From Bacteroidales bacterium (lineage in GTDB: Bacteria > Bacteroidota > Bacteroidia > Bacteroidales > UBA12077), in NCBI GenBank assembly GCA_028282585.1, contig JANQHR010000060.1:1-52731 (forward strand): a stretch of DNA of 52,731 nucleotides. Direction: 5' to 3'. The translations under genes were made by a program, and so were the position numbers. The first letter of the stretch is position 1; each line of letters opens with the position of its first letter. This document shows, in pieces, positions 50,834 through 52,731 of this stretch. Under the pieces are notes generated by a model. The model was not told the origin of the DNA, searched no databases, and was given only the letters and a program-made list of their open reading frames with translations.

Positions 50834-51088
50834 ATGGGAAAAGGAGACCAAAAAACGAGACGCGGAAAAATATTTGCAGGAAGTTATGGAAGAAAAAGAC
50901 CTAAAAAGAAAAAAAAGGGAGTTATAGCGCAGGTTGCAAAACCAGCTGAAAAAACTACCACAAAGACTAAGGTTCCTGTAAAGCCAAAACCAAAAGCTGA
51001 AGAAAAACCAAAAACAGATGATAAGGCGGAATCGGGAGATAAAGTAGAGAACAAACCGGAACCCAAAACAGATAAAAAGAAAGAGTAG
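50834..51088 (+). CDS. 30S ribosomal protein THX (bTHX/PSRP4 family) with a long C-terminal tail
   Basis: MGKGDQKTRRGKIFAGSYGRKRP is the THX signature; TATATTTG promoter box at 50749-50756. Confidence 0.85.
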   Translation: MGKGDQKTRRGKIFAGSYGRKRPKKKKKGVIAQVAKPAEKTTTKTKVPVKPKPKAEEKPKTDDKAESGDKVENKPEPKTDKKKE

Positions 51089-51098
51089 AATAGAACGG

Positions 51099-51133
51099 AA
51101 AAAAATAGGATTGTAAACACAATCCTATTTTTT
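51099..51133. terminator. Bidirectional terminator
   Basis: AAAAATAGGATTGT-AAAC-ACAATCCTATTTTT. Confidence 0.8.
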
Positions 51134-51164
51134 ATTTACAATAATAATATTACACTTCCTAAAG

Positions 51165-51380
51165 CTATTTTAACTTAAATACAATTGGGAAAGTGTACCT
51201 TACATCAGCCGATTTACCTTTATTATATCCTGATTACAACTCTAATATATTCTTTATCAAGTGATTTACTCACTCCACTAACTACCTTAATTCTTTTAGG
51301 GTTTCCTTTGTTATCAACTGTAAATGATACAAACACTCTTCCTTCTTCTTTTGAGCTTTTTCAAAATATTTAAGATTTTT
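51165..51380 (-). pseudogene. Frameshifted remnant of a TonB C-terminal domain gene
   Basis: Manual translation across two frameshifts: KNLKYFEKAQ / EEGRVFVSFTVDNKGNPKRIKVVSGVSKSLDKEYIRVV / SGYNKGKSADVRYTFPIVFKLK*. Confidence 0.8.
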
Positions 51381-51392
51381 TAAATAAAGCAT

Positions 51393-51446
51393 TTAAATTC
51401 GTAAATAATCCATTACTTGTTCTTCTGCTTTGGTTAATTCTTTCCT
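51393..51446 (-). pseudogene. N-terminal fragment of a BlaI/MecI/CopY family repressor
   Basis: AGG (probably a mutated ATG) followed by KELTKAEEQVMDYLRI*, matching the typical MKELTKAEEQ(V/I)M start of Bacteroidota BlaI proteins. Confidence 0.7.
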
Positions 51447-51447
51447 A

Positions 51448-51466
51448 AAACTAAATCATTTAGTTT
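51448..51466. promoter_or_regulatory. Palindromic operator candidate of the relic blaI gene
   Basis: Perfect 9-1-9 palindrome AAACTAAAT-C-ATTTAGTTT immediately upstream of the fragment. Confidence 0.5.
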
Positions 51467-51596
51467 AATATTTTTAACATTTGAATTTTAATTTAAAGAC
51501 CAGATAATAAATCTTTTAGCTTTAAAGATGATATTCTTGTTTTGAAAAATTAGTAAGTTTTAAATATATTGCAGCTTAATTAATTGAATAGTTATT

Positions 51597-52109
51597 ATGA
51601 AAAGGTTGTTCCTTATACTTTTAATTTCGCTGTTAACATTCAACACTTTTGCTCAGAATGAATTAAATCAAGTTGTAATTGATGAAATGATAAATGAAGA
51701 AATAATACTTGGATATTGCGATAGAGAAGGTCTTACATTTGAACCTTTTAATGAATGGTTTCAATCTGAATACGATTATTATGAAATGGATCAGGAAACA
51801 TTAGATATGGTTAACAACCAAGTGCTAGATAACGTAAAAATAAAAATTGTTCTTGGTACGTGGTGTCATGATAGTCAGAGAGAAGTACCACGTTTTTATA
51901 AGATCGCAGATTATCTGGATTTTGATAATTTTATACTAATTGGTGTAAACAGGGCAAAAATTGCAGACGGTACTGAAGTTGATGAATTAAATATTGATTT
52001 AGTTCCAACTTTCATTTTTTATAATGCAGATGAGGAAATAGGAAGAATAATTGAGTCGCCAACGGAGAGTTTAGAAAAAGATATTTTTGAGATAATATCA
52101 GCTATTTAG
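51597..52109 (+). CDS. Exported thioredoxin-family protein (WCxDS)
   Basis: Signal peptide, LGTWCHDS, VPTFIF and EIGRIIESP motifs. Confidence 0.85.
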   Translation: MKRLFLILLISLLTFNTFAQNELNQVVIDEMINEEIILGYCDREGLTFEPFNEWFQSEYDYYEMDQETLDMVNNQVLDNVKIKIVLGTWCHDSQREVPRFYKIADYLDFDNFILIGVNRAKIADGTEVDELNIDLVPTFIFYNADEEIGRIIESPTESLEKDIFEIISAI

Positions 52110-52179
52110 TATGCAACTATTTTTGAATCGCTTACGTCATTAAAATAAATTCGAAACTTAAACTTATAAATTCAAAACT

Positions 52180-52680
52180 ATGGAAGAAGTTAAATCATCA
52201 AATGCGGGACAAGGCTTGGGAATTGCTGGTCTTGTTTTAGGAATTATTGCTTTAATTATTTCGTTTATTCCATGCCTTGGAATGTGGGCTCTAATACCTG
52301 GAGTAATCGCTATAGTATTTAGTGCTATCGCATTTTCTCAAGCAAGCAAAGTAAATGCTTCAAAGGGATTAGTGATCGCTGCGCTGGTAATATCAATTGT
52401 TGGTACGTTAATAGCAGGATGGCAGTTTTATGTTCTTAGAAATGCATCTACTCAAATTGAAAAGTTCGGTAAAGAGTTCCAAAAAGCTATTGAAGAAGAG
52501 TTAGATGAGGAAGATTTAAAAGACCTTGAAGAAGCAATGGAAGAATTAGAAGGTGAAATTGAAGAAATTACCGAGGAATCAATTAAAGAAGCCGCAAAAG
52601 CTGCAAGTGAAGCTTTAAAAGAATTTTCAGAAGAGGTAGAACAGGTGGTTGAGGAATTGGAAGAAGACGATGAAAAGTAA
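52180..52680 (+). CDS. DUF4190-like membrane protein with an acidic coiled-coil tail
   Basis: GIAGLVLGIIAL...IPC hydrophobic helices followed by a Glu-rich tail. Confidence 0.65.
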   Translation: MEEVKSSNAGQGLGIAGLVLGIIALIISFIPCLGMWALIPGVIAIVFSAIAFSQASKVNASKGLVIAALVISIVGTLIAGWQFYVLRNASTQIEKFGKEFQKAIEEELDEEDLKDLEEAMEELEGEIEEITEESIKEAAKAASEALKEFSEEVEQVVEELEEDDEK

Positions 52681-52731
52681 AATAGGTTCACGAAATAATG
52701 AACCTATTTTACTTTTCATCGTCTTCTTCCA
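52658..52731. repeat. 33-bp perfect inverted repeat ending at the last base of the window
   Basis: 52658-52690 is the exact reverse complement of 52699-52731, with an 8-nt loop. Confidence 0.9.

Noticed and set aside
51185-51373. 62-aa plus-strand ORF
   Set aside because: It is the antisense shadow of the TonB pseudogene fragment on the minus strand.
1-52731. CRISPR array, transposase or prophage genes
   Set aside because: No regularly spaced 25-45 nt repeats and no ORF with such motifs were seen.

Overview
AT-rich (roughly 30% GC by eye) core-chromosome window from a Bacteroidota organism, most likely an anaerobic Bacteroidales/Marinilabiliales-type bacterium. The evidence is TAnnTTTG promoters, few Shine-Dalgarno sites, and the gene order tRNA-Glu-rpsT and lptB-tRNA-Leu-tig-clpP-clpX. 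It holds about 48 intact CDSs and two tRNAs (Glu-TTC, Leu-TAG). Housekeeping genes include rpsT, recQ, kdsD-like, tatC, lptB, tig, clpPX, thyA, folA, gmhA, a membrane pyrophosphatase and THX. There is also a nitrosative-stress cluster (Rrf2, ferredoxin, hcp, YgbA, cupin), a SiaB/SiaC module, a REC-adenylate cyclase and a 7TM-GAF sensor with no output domain. I saw no transposase, integrase, reverse transcriptase or CRISPR array. The most interesting non-annotated signals are: (1) a four-helix-bundle gene between thyA and folA, bracketed by oppositely oriented 8-nt tandem arrays; (2) a ~95-nt GC-rich structured intergenic element that looks like an unassigned ncRNA; (3) a palindrome shared by the Rrf2 and hcp-operon promoters; (4) a collapsed blaI-TonB operon relic with its operator-like palindrome intact; (5) a HEPN-like gene coupled to a YejK-family gene. 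All family calls come from motif recognition, not database searches.
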